Source: Candidatus Kuenenia stuttgartensis (GTDB lineage: Bacteria > Planctomycetota > Brocadiia > Brocadiales > Brocadiaceae). Taken from it: 32,000 nt of DNA. The notes beneath the pieces are model-generated. The model was not told the DNA's origin, did not search any database, and saw only the letters and a program-made list of their open reading frames with translations. Positions 1 to 9,256 of this stretch are shown piece by piece (the stretch's first letter is position 1; the number at the start of each line of letters is the position of its first letter). The position numbers and the translations under genes are program-made. The stretch lies in contig NZ_LT934425.1 in NCBI RefSeq assembly GCF_900232105.1, forward strand, positions 3,930,001 through 3,962,000, read 5' to 3'.

Positions 1-1148
1 TCTCTTATCATAATTTCAGGGAAACTCCTGAAAATCTTTCGGAAATATACAATACATTATTTCAGAGTGGTGCTGATATTGTAAAGATTGTTACTCATGC
101 GAATTCGATAACCGATAATATTAAAATATACCAGCTTCTTCAGCAGTCAAAAATACCCATAATTTCATTTTGTATGGGCGAATACGGAATAATCAGTCGT
201 ATATTATATAAAATATTTGGCAGTTATTTGACTTTTGCATCACTTCAGAAAGGAAAAGAATCCGCCCCCGGCCAAATCAATATCGAAGAACTTTTAAATA
301 GGTATAATATTAAAAACCAAAACAAGCATACCGCAGTGTATGGTTTAATTGGCAATCCTGTTTCTCACAGTATTAGTCCAGTGATTCATAATGCACTTTT
401 TAAAGAAATAGGCATGAATTGTGTTTATGTTCCTTTTAAAGTGGATGAAATTGGCAGATTTATTTCTGAATTTAAAAAATTAAATATTTCAGGGTACAGC
501 GTTACTATTCCTCATAAAGAATCGATAATAAATTATCTTGATGACGCGGATCCGATTGCCAAAAAAATTGGTGCGGTAAATACTGTGGTAAACAAAAATA
601 ACCGTTTGATAGGTTTTAATACTGATTTGGAAGCTGCCGTTACCGTGCTCGCAGAGGTTGCGAATGTATCTGGCCATACTGCAGCGGATGCTTGCTTTAA
701 AAACAAGCATGTTACTATTATTGGAGCAGGGGGTGTTGCACGTGCGATTGCCTTTGGGTTAAAAATGTATGGCGCCGATATTACACTCGTTAGTAGAAAT
801 CACAATCGTATGCAATCACTTGCCGGCGAAGTTGGTTGTTCCTTTACCAATAAGAATGGTTTGCAAAATTTGGAAACGGACATATTCGTTAATGCAACAC
901 CGGTGGGTATGTATCCCTCAATAAATGAGACGCCCGTTGATAGAAAACTTTTGAAGCCGAATATGATTGTTTTTGACACTATTTATAATCCTCCCGAAAC
1001 GAAATTAATAAAAGATGCAAAGGAAATAGGCTGTAAAACGGTGGGGGGGATGCCTATGTTTATTCGCCAGGCAGCAGCGCAGTTTAGATTGTGGACGGAT
1101 ACAGAACCACCTCTGAATATAATAGAAAATATTGCATACAATGCCTAG
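1..1148 (+). CDS. aroE: Bifunctional 3-dehydroquinate dehydratase / shikimate dehydrogenase, 5' partial
   Basis: Frame is open from base 3 (SYHNFRETPENLSEIYNTLFQSGADIVKIVTHANS, type I dehydroquinase-like) straight into the listed 174-1148 ORF. That ORF has shikimate dehydrogenase motifs: GLIGNPVSHSISPVIHNALF, SVTIPHKE, AVNTV, GFNTD, GAGGVARAI, VNATPVGM. Confidence 0.92.
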   Translation, partial: SYHNFRETPENLSEIYNTLFQSGADIVKIVTHANSITDNIKIYQLLQQSKIPIISFCMGEYGIISRILYKIFGSYLTFASLQKGKESAPGQINIEELLNRYNIKNQNKHTAVYGLIGNPVSHSISPVIHNALFKEIGMNCVYVPFKVDEIGRFISEFKKLNISGYSVTIPHKESIINYLDDADPIAKKIGAVNTVVNKNNRLIGFNTDLEAAVTVLAEVANVSGHTAADACFKNKHVTIIGAGGVARAIAFGLKMYGADITLVSRNHNRMQSLAGEVGCSFTNKNGLQNLETDIFVNATPVGMYPSINETPVDRKLLKPNMIVFDTIYNPPETKLIKDAKEIGCKTVGGMPMFIRQAAAQFRLWTDTEPPLNIIENIAYNA

Positions 1149-1246
1149 CAAATACGTTTTGATGTCGGGTTTTCTCATACTGAAGTAAGGGATATGGACG
1201 TTCGTTTAATGTTCATTGATAATAAACGTATTAATGAGGATCAGGA

Positions 1247-1810
1247 TTGAACATTTTTTTAATTGGTTTTCGAGGCACCGGAAAAACTTCTGTAGGCAAA
1301 ATACTCGCTCAACGATTAAATAGGAAATATATTGATGCGGATGAGTATTTGGAGCAAAAAGAAGGAAAAACCATAAAAGACATATTTGAAGAATGCGACG
1401 AAGGGAAATTCCGGGAAATAGAATCGGACGTAATTGCTGAGTTGTGTTTGCAAAATAACACGGTTATTGCTACCGGCGGGGGAGTGGTTATTAAAGAGGA
1501 AAATGTAAAGAGGATGAAAAAGTGCGGTGTTGCCATTCTTCTGGAAGCGGATGCTGATACTCTGTATAAACGAATAAAAGGAGACATTACCTCAACTACT
1601 AAAAGGCCTGGCCTGACAAATTATGGGGAATATCAGGAAATCCGGTATCTTTTGGGAAAAAGAAAACCATTATATGATAAGACGGCTGATTTTGTTGTAA
1701 ACACCGGAAAGATGTCAATAGATGAAGCGGCAGGTAAAATAGCGTCTTTTATAGAAAATTATGTGATGGATTTTGATAAAGGGCAAGATCCTTCTCTGAC
1801 AATGCAATAA
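1247..1810 (+). CDS. aroK: Shikimate kinase
   Basis: P-loop GFRGTGKTSVG, DADEYLE, FRxxESDVI and ATGGG motifs. TTG start at 1247. Confidence 0.92.
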   Translation: MNIFLIGFRGTGKTSVGKILAQRLNRKYIDADEYLEQKEGKTIKDIFEECDEGKFREIESDVIAELCLQNNTVIATGGGVVIKEENVKRMKKCGVAILLEADADTLYKRIKGDITSTTKRPGLTNYGEYQEIRYLLGKRKPLYDKTADFVVNTGKMSIDEAAGKIASFIENYVMDFDKGQDPSLTMQ

Positions 1811-1899
1811 ATTGAAATTCATTGCAGGCACTGGTTCTCTAACACCTTTCCCGATGATTTGATATTAAAATGTACCGTATAAATTTTGTTTAATAGGAA

Positions 1900-2202
1900 T
1901 TATGACCTGGTGCTGTTTATTTCCTTAACTAATTTTCTGATTAATTTTTCATAAGATTTAACAACGTTTTCTTTCGCATTTGTATCAATGCGTTTTAATG
2001 GGTTCTTTTCGATCAGTGCCAGGAGGGAATCGGTAGCATTTGAAATAGTAACGGCGGAAGTTTTATCAAATAATGGAGATTTTAATAGTTTCGATTCCGG
2101 CGACGTATCACTTGATATCCCATTTTTTTTCGTTGAAGACTTTTTGCCTGATGTAGATTTCTTGGGCTGCCTGCCTGATGCAGATGTGTTTTTTTTGTTC
2201 AT
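1900..2202 (-). CDS. Small hypothetical Lys/Ser-rich protein (100 aa)
   Basis: Open minus-strand frame with low-complexity basic N-terminus and a helical C-terminus. No family recognised. Confidence 0.5.
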   Translation of the reverse strand: MNKKNTSASGRQPKKSTSGKKSSTKKNGISSDTSPESKLLKSPLFDKTSAVTISNATDSLLALIEKNPLKRIDTNAKENVVKSYEKLIRKLVKEINSTRS

Positions 2203-2269
2203 ATTTTCCTCTTTCCCGCCTCTGAAAATTTTTTATTTACTCATTTAACGCAAGGAATATCAATTTTTT

Positions 2270-2357
2270 TGTAGAGACGCATTGCATGCGTCTGGAAACT
2301 ACTGCACGTAATGAAAATGTTGACACAACAGAGAGGCACATGCAATGCGTCTTTACA
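2270..2357. repeat. Inverted repeat TGTAGAGACGCATTGCATG ... CATGCAATGCGTCTTTACA
   Basis: Arms at 2270-2288 and 2339-2357 match 18/19. The left arm also contains a local hairpin AGACGCA-ttgca-TGCGTCT. Confidence 0.75.
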
Positions 2358-2366
2358 TCAACATCA

Positions 2367-2408
2367 ACAACAGTCATCATGCCGCTATAGCGGCATGATG
2401 ACTGTTGT
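2367..2408. repeat. Perfect 42-nt palindrome
   Basis: ACAACAGTCATCATGCCGCTATAGCGGCATGATGACTGTTGT reads identically on both strands, centred at 2387/2388. Confidence 0.9.
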
Positions 2409-2782
2409 ACAAAAGCAGCTTTTTGTAAAAAGAAAAACTCTGTACATATACATGTACAATGTATATGTATATAGATACTAACTACCAAAATCAACATATT
2501 TTTCATTTGGTTTTACTGAGGCATTACATACAATAAAAATATGCGCATTTTGTTATTTGAAGTTTTTAGCCCTTTTTTTAACAGAAAATAAAAATATGAA
2601 AATTCATCTATCTTTAATAAAAGTAGGCATTTCAGGAATATATCACACTCAATAATTCGCATCGCACGTAATTGACCGTAATTTTCATTTGTGTCTGTCT
2701 TTTGTATTCCTTCTGAAATGATGAAACATTGGGTGGGGATGCAATCATCTGTTTAATTTTTTTTAAATAAATAAGTAAAAAT

Positions 2783-3136
2783 ATGAAGCGTTTATGGAAT
2801 GCCCTGATGTATTCTCTTTTTGGGTTAAAAGATACCTTCGTCATGGAACGTGCTTTTAGACAGGAGATAATTGCTACAAGTATATTGCTGCCTCTTGCGC
2901 TATACATAAAGGTTTCGCTCTGCTTAAAACTTCTGTTAATCGTTTGTAATATTACCGTGCTTATCGTCGAACTTTTGAACACTTCTTTGGAATTAATAGC
3001 CGATATTGTTTCTCCCGGATTTAATATTAAAGTAAAACATGCGAAAGACTGCGGGAGCGCCGCTGTTTTCCTGAGTCTGGTAAGTTGGTTTATTGTATGG
3101 ATGGTTGCTTTTTCCCAATGGTTATGTGCTCTATAG
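2783..3136 (+). CDS. dgkA: Diacylglycerol kinase family protein (DgkA-like)
   Basis: Small membrane protein with IVELLNTSLELIADIV and HAKDCGSAAVF, matching DgkA motifs (VELLNSAIE...; AKDMGSAAV). Confidence 0.85.
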   Translation: MKRLWNALMYSLFGLKDTFVMERAFRQEIIATSILLPLALYIKVSLCLKLLLIVCNITVLIVELLNTSLELIADIVSPGFNIKVKHAKDCGSAAVFLSLVSWFIVWMVAFSQWLCAL

Positions 3137-3267
3137 CAGTAAACAGAAAGATATAAGCATGGAAACGTACATAAGAGGGAGAAATAACTATCAATACGTT
3201 TACGTTTTCGCCCACTTTATATACACACCGTTTATAGTAGTCCTTATTTAATTTAGTTGCTGTATCT

Positions 3268-5400
3268 ATGAAAAGACATTATTTCAACAAAGCATTTGTT
3301 ACGCCAATAATACTCATGTGGGTGTTTATGAGCGTGCCCAGGCTTTGGTATTTTTACCGGGGAGGGCTGCCGGCAGATACTACGATACTTACCGGCGGAG
3401 TCTATCCGTTTATTCTCGGCTTTATGCGAGACGGGGCTTTTGCCTGTTCTGTTCTTATCCCCGTACAGTTTTTATATCTGCTCAAAGTGGCAGATATAAT
3501 GCCGGACAAGATAATAAAAATTTTCGGGATTTCATTAAAAGTATTTTTCTCCGTACTCCTTGCAATCATGATGGTCAACGTAGAGTTCTTCAGATATTTT
3601 GGCTTTCATTTCAATAGTACCCATTTTAGTTTCCTCAATTACACAGGCCATATTTCAAGCTCATTTTTTGAATTTTCTAATCCTTTATGCATGGCTTTTG
3701 AACTTCTTATTTTCCCTGGAATATTTCTTTTTTTTAGTTTGGTTATTTCAATAAAAAAATTTGAAAAGGTGTTTTTATCCCGTTACTCATTCTCAATCTC
3801 ACTTTTTATTCTGCTTGCTGGAATAGTTGTTCAATATGTTCCGTTAAAAACGGCGCTCATTACCAATTTGACGGAAAACTATAACATCGCCTTTGTAAAA
3901 CACCTGGTTTTTGGAGATGAAATAAAGAGCAGACATTCCAAGGATATTGAGAAAATATTGGATACACTTCCGCTTAACGATGACCGGATAAAGAATCAGC
4001 CATGGGTATATCCAGACCCCGATTATCCTCTATTAAAGGCAACCTTGCACCATTTATGTAAACTTGGGAAATTGCCGGAGGCAGTATGCAATGAAGACAA
4101 AGACGGCGACGGTTATGTCTTGAAAGATGATTGCAACGATTATGACCCTAATATTCATCCCGGAGCATATGATATTCCTAGAAATGGAATTGATGAAGAT
4201 TGTTCCGGGTGTGACGCCGAACCGCCAAACATTATATTTGTTCATTGGGAAGGTGTGCGGGCAGTAAATGTAGATTGCATTGGTTATTCCGCGCCGTCCA
4301 CCCCGAGGTTTTGCGACATTTGCACAGAGAATGGAGTACTCTTCACGAATGCTTATTGCAATGGCGTTCAGACAAGGTGGTCTCTCATTTCGGTATATTG
4401 TTCCATACTTCCCCGTCTTTCAACTGAATGGATATTCCAATATAACATTGATTTGAATTTGTTGTCTTTTCCTGAAATCCTGAGAAGAAGGGGATATGAA
4501 ACGATTTATGTTCATGGAGGCAATATTGGGTTTTCAAACAAATTAAGCCGGTTTGCCGGATGGTTTGAAACCAGGTACGACCGTACAAATGCACCAATAA
4601 AAGATATGGAAATGTTTAACTGGGGGTTAAAAGACAGGGATTTATTTGAATTTGCGTACAGTGCTATGGAGAACCGTGAAGATCCAAGGCCTTTTTATAT
4701 GACAATTGCGACACTTTCCATGCATCATCCTTTTAAATTGCCTGAAAAGGAATTTGAAATGAACGATCATAACGATGTGAAGAATCAATTATCAAATATT
4801 GCAATATATTCTGACGATGCACTGGGCGATTTCCTGGAAAAGGTATTATCAAGTGAAAAACTGGAAAATACCATCATTATTGTGACGAGCGACCACGGCA
4901 TTAATTGGTTCTATCCCCACCCGGAAAGAGAACAAAACATATTATGGGAAGACCTCGTATGGATACCTATCGCTCTTATTGGGAAAAACTGGAATATTGA
5001 TACCGGACAAAAAATCAGTGAAGTCAGACAATTGGCAGACATAGGGCCAACAATCCTTGACCGATTAGGCATAGAAATCCCAAATCCATTTATTGGACAT
5101 TCTCTTCTGAGGCGTTTTAAGAATCGGGATGCGAGGGCATTTTTTGCGACGGCGAATGGTGGGGCATCAGCGGGAATCCGGTTTAAAAATCATAAATATT
5201 TTACTCACTTTGATTCAAAAAAAGAATATTTATATGATATTGAGAACGACAGGGAAGAAAAGTTTAATCTATGTGAGGATTCTCGTTACAAAGAACAGCT
5301 TGAATTGTACAACAGTATGGTATCAGATGTGTACTCGCAAAGTACGGAACTTATTAAAGATGACAGAATCTGGAATTGGGAGTATTGGATAGAATATTAA
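3268..5400 (+). CDS. Membrane-anchored alkaline phosphatase/sulfatase superfamily protein with MopE-like metal-binding insert
   Basis: Several N-terminal hydrophobic helices. EDKDGDGYVLKDDCNDYDPNIHPGAYDIPRNGIDEDCSG insert. Sulfatase-fold core: NIIFVHWEGVRAVNVDCIGY, GVLFTNAY, IIIVTSDHGINWF. Confidence 0.85.
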   Translation: MKRHYFNKAFVTPIILMWVFMSVPRLWYFYRGGLPADTTILTGGVYPFILGFMRDGAFACSVLIPVQFLYLLKVADIMPDKIIKIFGISLKVFFSVLLAIMMVNVEFFRYFGFHFNSTHFSFLNYTGHISSSFFEFSNPLCMAFELLIFPGIFLFFSLVISIKKFEKVFLSRYSFSISLFILLAGIVVQYVPLKTALITNLTENYNIAFVKHLVFGDEIKSRHSKDIEKILDTLPLNDDRIKNQPWVYPDPDYPLLKATLHHLCKLGKLPEAVCNEDKDGDGYVLKDDCNDYDPNIHPGAYDIPRNGIDEDCSGCDAEPPNIIFVHWEGVRAVNVDCIGYSAPSTPRFCDICTENGVLFTNAYCNGVQTRWSLISVYCSILPRLSTEWIFQYNIDLNLLSFPEILRRRGYETIYVHGGNIGFSNKLSRFAGWFETRYDRTNAPIKDMEMFNWGLKDRDLFEFAYSAMENREDPRPFYMTIATLSMHHPFKLPEKEFEMNDHNDVKNQLSNIAIYSDDALGDFLEKVLSSEKLENTIIIVTSDHGINWFYPHPEREQNILWEDLVWIPIALIGKNWNIDTGQKISEVRQLADIGPTILDRLGIEIPNPFIGHSLLRRFKNRDARAFFATANGGASAGIRFKNHKYFTHFDSKKEYLYDIENDREEKFNLCEDSRYKEQLELYNSMVSDVYSQSTELIKDDRIWNWEYWIEY

Positions 5401-5532
5401 ATAAAAAACGATACGTATGATAAATATAGTAGTTCTGATAGGTGCGCTACCGCTTGCAAACCAGAATCCCGCCCCCAGGGTATTCTGCCGGAGCAAAAGT
5501 TATGCGCATAATTCTGGTATTAATCGTGGATC

Positions 5533-6081
5533 CTATAATACTCCTTTAGGCGGGAAAAGTTTTTCAATCAAAGTTCTTATAAAGGCAAGTTCTTCCTTTT
5601 GTTTTTCAAGTGTTGATTCCATTATCGTTTGCTTCTTTTGCATCAACCATAACATTCTTAGAACAAATCCAAGAATTACAATGCTTATGGTAATAAAGAG
5701 GCCAAACATCCACTGGAGTATGTCAAACCTTTTGTCTACAGATGCGAATTTGGCGTTCATCTCAGAACGTAGGTCATCAAATCTCTTGTCGACAGCATCA
5801 AATCTTTTGTCGACAGATTCAAATCTCTTATCGACAGCATCAAATCTCTTATCGACAGCATCAAATTTTGTGTCAACAGATTCAAATCTTGTGTTCATTT
5901 CAGAACGCAGGCCTTCTAATTGTTTTTCTAAATTTTTTTGTCCGTATTCCAGTTGAGTAAGTCTTTCAATGATTTTCCTATCGGTAATCCTTGGAGCAAC
6001 TTCAACCTCAGCAGCAATAACGTGCGCTGTCTTTAATAAAACTACTGATAAACATAAAAATATCGTCAATGTTCTATACAT
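5533..6081 (-). CDS. Secreted or membrane coiled-coil protein with heptad repeats and a C-terminal TM segment
   Basis: Signal-like N-terminus, RFDAVDKRFDAVDKRFESVDKRFD repeats, then the TM segment WMFGLFITISIVILGFVLRMLWLM. Confidence 0.75.
   Translation of the reverse strand: MYRTLTIFLCLSVVLLKTAHVIAAEVEVAPRITDRKIIERLTQLEYGQKNLEKQLEGLRSEMNTRFESVDTKFDAVDKRFDAVDKRFESVDKRFDAVDKRFDDLRSEMNAKFASVDKRFDILQWMFGLFITISIVILGFVLRMLWLMQKKQTIMESTLEKQKEELAFIRTLIEKLFPPKGVL
5779..5883. repeat. Five tandem 21-bp units (coding heptads)
   Basis: Units such as aaatctcttgtcgacagcatc at 5779, 5800, 5821, 5842 and 5863, plus degenerate flanking copies. Confidence 0.85.
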
Positions 6082-6113
6082 GACCGGATTCTATCATACC
6101 ACAATGGATAAAG

Positions 6114-6986
6114 TCAAATGCCTGAACCATCGGAAAAGTTAATATTGCAATATTTTGGTACATTGTCAGATGATTCATTTAAGTGCCTCCAGCGACCTGC
6201 CCTTGGGTTTTCTCCAGGTCTTACGGGCGTCGTGCAGCACTCGCAACCAATGCTGGGATAATTCTTATTATGTAAAGGATGAATCGGTATGTCATTTTCA
6301 AGCAAGTAGGATTCTATTTGTTCATCCGACCAGTCAAAAAGCGGGTGGAGTGCATAACCCTCTATTCTCGGGTCCCGCAATAAAGGCTCTAATTTCGAGC
6401 GTTTTCCGCCTTCCGTTTGTCTCAGACCAACCATAGACAACATCAAACCATTGTTTTTCATGTAACTAAGATAGGGCGCCTCTTTTCTTAAACGACAACA
6501 TTCTTTCTGTCCGTCAATATATTGATACAACTTCTTGCCGTACAGCTTTTCTTGTTGCTCTATAGTAAGATCAGGGTACAATGTGACCATGTTTAATTTG
6601 TATCGTGTAATGAATTCATCCCTGAGTTGTAATGTTTCTGCAAAATGGTATCCCGTATCGATAAATAAGATGTAATTTTCCAGGCCCAGGGAATAAAAAT
6701 AGTGCATTAACACAGAAGCCGTCTTTTGCATACTGCTCAATAAAATTGCATCCATTCCGAAATTGTCAACTGCCCATTGTATTCTTTCCACGGCGGAAAA
6801 ATTTCTAAGTTTTTGATTAACTGAGATAATATCCAGTTGCATTGTTTGTTCCATTCGTTTTGCATAACTCCCGGTATAATTACGTAAAAGTTGTTTTATC
6901 GTAAAATTAAAATTCCACAAAGATGCCTGTGGCAATCCTGTTATTATGGTTGAAAAATGAAAATTCCATCTCAGTTTATTAATCAA
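6114..6986 (-). CDS. cysH: Phosphoadenosine/adenosine phosphosulfate reductase family (CysH-like)
   Basis: LFIDTGYHFAETLQLRDEF, KECCRLRK, GLRQTEGGKRSKLEPL and IGCECCTTPVRPGENPRAGRW, with the paired cysteines of Fe-S APS-reductase-type enzymes. Confidence 0.88.
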   Translation of the reverse strand: MINKLRWNFHFSTIITGLPQASLWNFNFTIKQLLRNYTGSYAKRMEQTMQLDIISVNQKLRNFSAVERIQWAVDNFGMDAILLSSMQKTASVLMHYFYSLGLENYILFIDTGYHFAETLQLRDEFITRYKLNMVTLYPDLTIEQQEKLYGKKLYQYIDGQKECCRLRKEAPYLSYMKNNGLMLSMVGLRQTEGGKRSKLEPLLRDPRIEGYALHPLFDWSDEQIESYLLENDIPIHPLHNKNYPSIGCECCTTPVRPGENPRAGRWRHLNESSDNVPKYCNINFSDGSGI

Positions 6987-7234
6987 TTAACAGTGAGTCA
7001 AGCAATAAGTAAGGTGTTTTGTAAAATCGTAAAGATTTTAACAAATTAAGGACTGCTTGCTCAAAAAGGTAAGATTGTAAATATGCAGCTATCGATATAC
7101 AAGGGCTTATTGCCTGAACAGCAAAGATGATATTATGCATACAATAAATTGTCGTTGACTTTACATTTATTAGCCTGTACAATGCGAAAAATTATATTAG
7201 ATACTTATTTTATAAGGAGTTACGATAGTTTTGG

Positions 7235-7648
7235 TTGGTTAGGATTTATATGTTTATAGGCATTGACATAGTTGAAATAAATCGTATAAAGAAGCTATGT
7301 ATTTCCAACGAAAGATTTTTAAATAAAATTTATACGGTGAAAGAACTTGAGTATTGTTTACCGAAAAAGAACAGACATCAACATTTAGCGGCACGTTTTG
7401 CTACGAAAGAAGCTATGTTCAAAGCTTTAGGAACCGGATGGACTGGTAAAATAAAATGGACTGACGTCGAGTTGTTAAATGATGAAAAAGGGAAGCCATA
7501 TCTGAATTTTTATGGAAATGTAAAAGAATTAGTTGAAGAGAAGAATATTAATACTGCCGAGGTCTCATTATCACATTGTAATGAATACGCTATTGCACAG
7601 GTGTTATTAGTGCCAGGAGCAGTATCTGCAGCATCATCAAAACTGTAA
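7235..7648 (+). CDS. acpS: Holo-[acyl-carrier-protein] synthase
   Basis: GIDIVEINRIKK, AARFATKEAMFKALGTG and VSLSHCNEYAIAQVL. The true start may be the ATG at 7250. Confidence 0.92.
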   Translation: MVRIYMFIGIDIVEINRIKKLCISNERFLNKIYTVKELEYCLPKKNRHQHLAARFATKEAMFKALGTGWTGKIKWTDVELLNDEKGKPYLNFYGNVKELVEEKNINTAEVSLSHCNEYAIAQVLLVPGAVSAASSKL

Positions 7649-7671
7649 ACGCTTATAAAAAGGGTAATTGC

Positions 7672-9153
7672 ATGAAAAAGCTCGTACTTATCAACCCGCA
7701 TCCAATGGGTAACGTTGGTGAGGAGAATGTGTCCGTATTAAACCAAATGCCGGTAAATCTTGGTTATTTGAAAGTGCTAACGCCCGGCAACTGGCAAGTC
7801 GATATCATTGATGAAACGCAGGAATATGCCATTGATGAAAATACAGGCGACATTACCTTTGGAGGCGCCGACCTGGTTGGGATTACCTCAGTAAGTTATC
7901 AGGCAGACCGTGCGTATAAAATAGCAACAGCCTGCAGAAAAAGAGGAATACCTGTAATTATGGGTGGCATTCATGCCACAAGCAATCCTGATGAGGCTGC
8001 AAAATATGTTGACAGTGTGGTGATCAGAGAGGGAATCACCCTTTGGTCAACCATTATTGATGATTTCGAAAAGGGTCGTCTCCGGAAAAGGTATGACGGC
8101 GGCCTTACCCCCATGGAAATCTACTGCAATTTAAGCCCTGATAGAAAGTTTTTGAAGGATAAATATAAATACCGGTATTCGGGGATTATTACCACCGCAG
8201 GGTGTCCGTTTGCCTGTGAATTTTGCTCCGTCCCACAATTTCAGGGTCAAAAATACAGGGAACGGCCTGTAGACGATATATTGAATGAATTTGAATCGAT
8301 AAAGGGACAATACCGCGGTTTGATTCTAACGGATGAAAATTTTTACGGACATAGTAAGAAATCTAATGAACGGGTTCGCACTCTTTTTAAAGGTATGGTC
8401 GAGAGAGGTATCTATCAAAACTGGTTCGGCTTTACCTCCCTTAATATATATAAGGATGACGAAACGCTTGAGTATATGGCGAAGAGTGGATGCGTTGGCG
8501 TGCTGATTGGCATAGAATCCATTGAGGAAGAATCTCTCAAGTCCATGAACAAAAATGTGAATTTGAAAATATCCGTAGAAAATTATTATGAGGCAATCGC
8601 TAACATAAGAAAACATGGTCTTGCCGTGTGGGGAACTATGGTATTCGGAAATGACGCCGATACCTCTGGCACGTTTGAACGGGTAGCCGATTTTATCCTT
8701 GATTCGCATATCGATATTATGACTTGCGGCATACTCTGTCCGTTTATCAATACGCCGCTTTATCACCGCCTGAACAGAGAAAACAGGCTTTTTCGTACAC
8801 ATTTTCCTGAAGATTGGAAATATTACACGTCGCATCATTTGACGTATGTATTGAAAAAACTGACCCTCGATGAAATGATCGAGGGGTTCCAATACCTTTA
8901 CGACAGGATTTTTGCCACAGAGGTGTTGCGGAAGAGATTCCACCGCGCTAAGGATGAGTTGAATAATAATATGAATGCCGCTATGTTTGCATTTCGCGTG
9001 AATCTTGACTGGCAAAATGTGTATCAGCATTTGATTCAAAATCTAAAAGATTTACAGACCTCTGGCGATTATGAGGCAGCCTTAAAATGCTACGTTGATA
9101 CAGATAAGCAAGGCAAAGGGAAAAAATTAGCTTCAATTGAAGCAGCTCCTTAA
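7672..9153 (+). CDS. B12-binding-domain radical SAM protein
   Basis: N-terminal cobalamin-binding-like region (PMPVNLGYLKVL, VGITSVSYQADRAYKIA, VIMGGIHAT), radical SAM CxxxCxxC (GCPFACEFCSV), then GLILTDENFY and GVLIGIES. Confidence 0.93.
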   Translation: MKKLVLINPHPMGNVGEENVSVLNQMPVNLGYLKVLTPGNWQVDIIDETQEYAIDENTGDITFGGADLVGITSVSYQADRAYKIATACRKRGIPVIMGGIHATSNPDEAAKYVDSVVIREGITLWSTIIDDFEKGRLRKRYDGGLTPMEIYCNLSPDRKFLKDKYKYRYSGIITTAGCPFACEFCSVPQFQGQKYRERPVDDILNEFESIKGQYRGLILTDENFYGHSKKSNERVRTLFKGMVERGIYQNWFGFTSLNIYKDDETLEYMAKSGCVGVLIGIESIEEESLKSMNKNVNLKISVENYYEAIANIRKHGLAVWGTMVFGNDADTSGTFERVADFILDSHIDIMTCGILCPFINTPLYHRLNRENRLFRTHFPEDWKYYTSHHLTYVLKKLTLDEMIEGFQYLYDRIFATEVLRKRFHRAKDELNNNMNAAMFAFRVNLDWQNVYQHLIQNLKDLQTSGDYEAALKCYVDTDKQGKGKKLASIEAAP

Positions 9154-9256
9154 AATGTAGTTCCTTTTTTTGCAGATTTAAAACAGGCATCGTTCAGGTC
9201 AACTTATTTACATATACTCGTGGATAGTTGACCTCTCTTATTTTTGAGAACTGAAA

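Noticed and set aside
2632-2982. Minus-strand 116-aa ORF
   Set aside because: Overlaps the dgkA-like gene on the other strand and shows no recognisable motif.
5779-5883. Possible CRISPR array (regularly spaced repeats)
   Set aside because: Units are contiguous 21-bp coding repeats without unique spacers. No CRISPR-like repeat-spacer pattern or cas gene was seen anywhere in the window.
5417-5956. Plus-strand 179-aa ORF with SNLLSTAS repeats
   Set aside because: It is the antisense reading of the heptad-repeat coiled-coil gene. The repeats are explained by the minus-strand protein.
7672-9153. HpnR/HpnP-type hopanoid methylase or BchE-type cyclase assignment for the radical SAM protein
   Set aside because: B12-radical SAM architecture is clear, but the motifs are not specific enough by eye to name the subfamily or its substrate.
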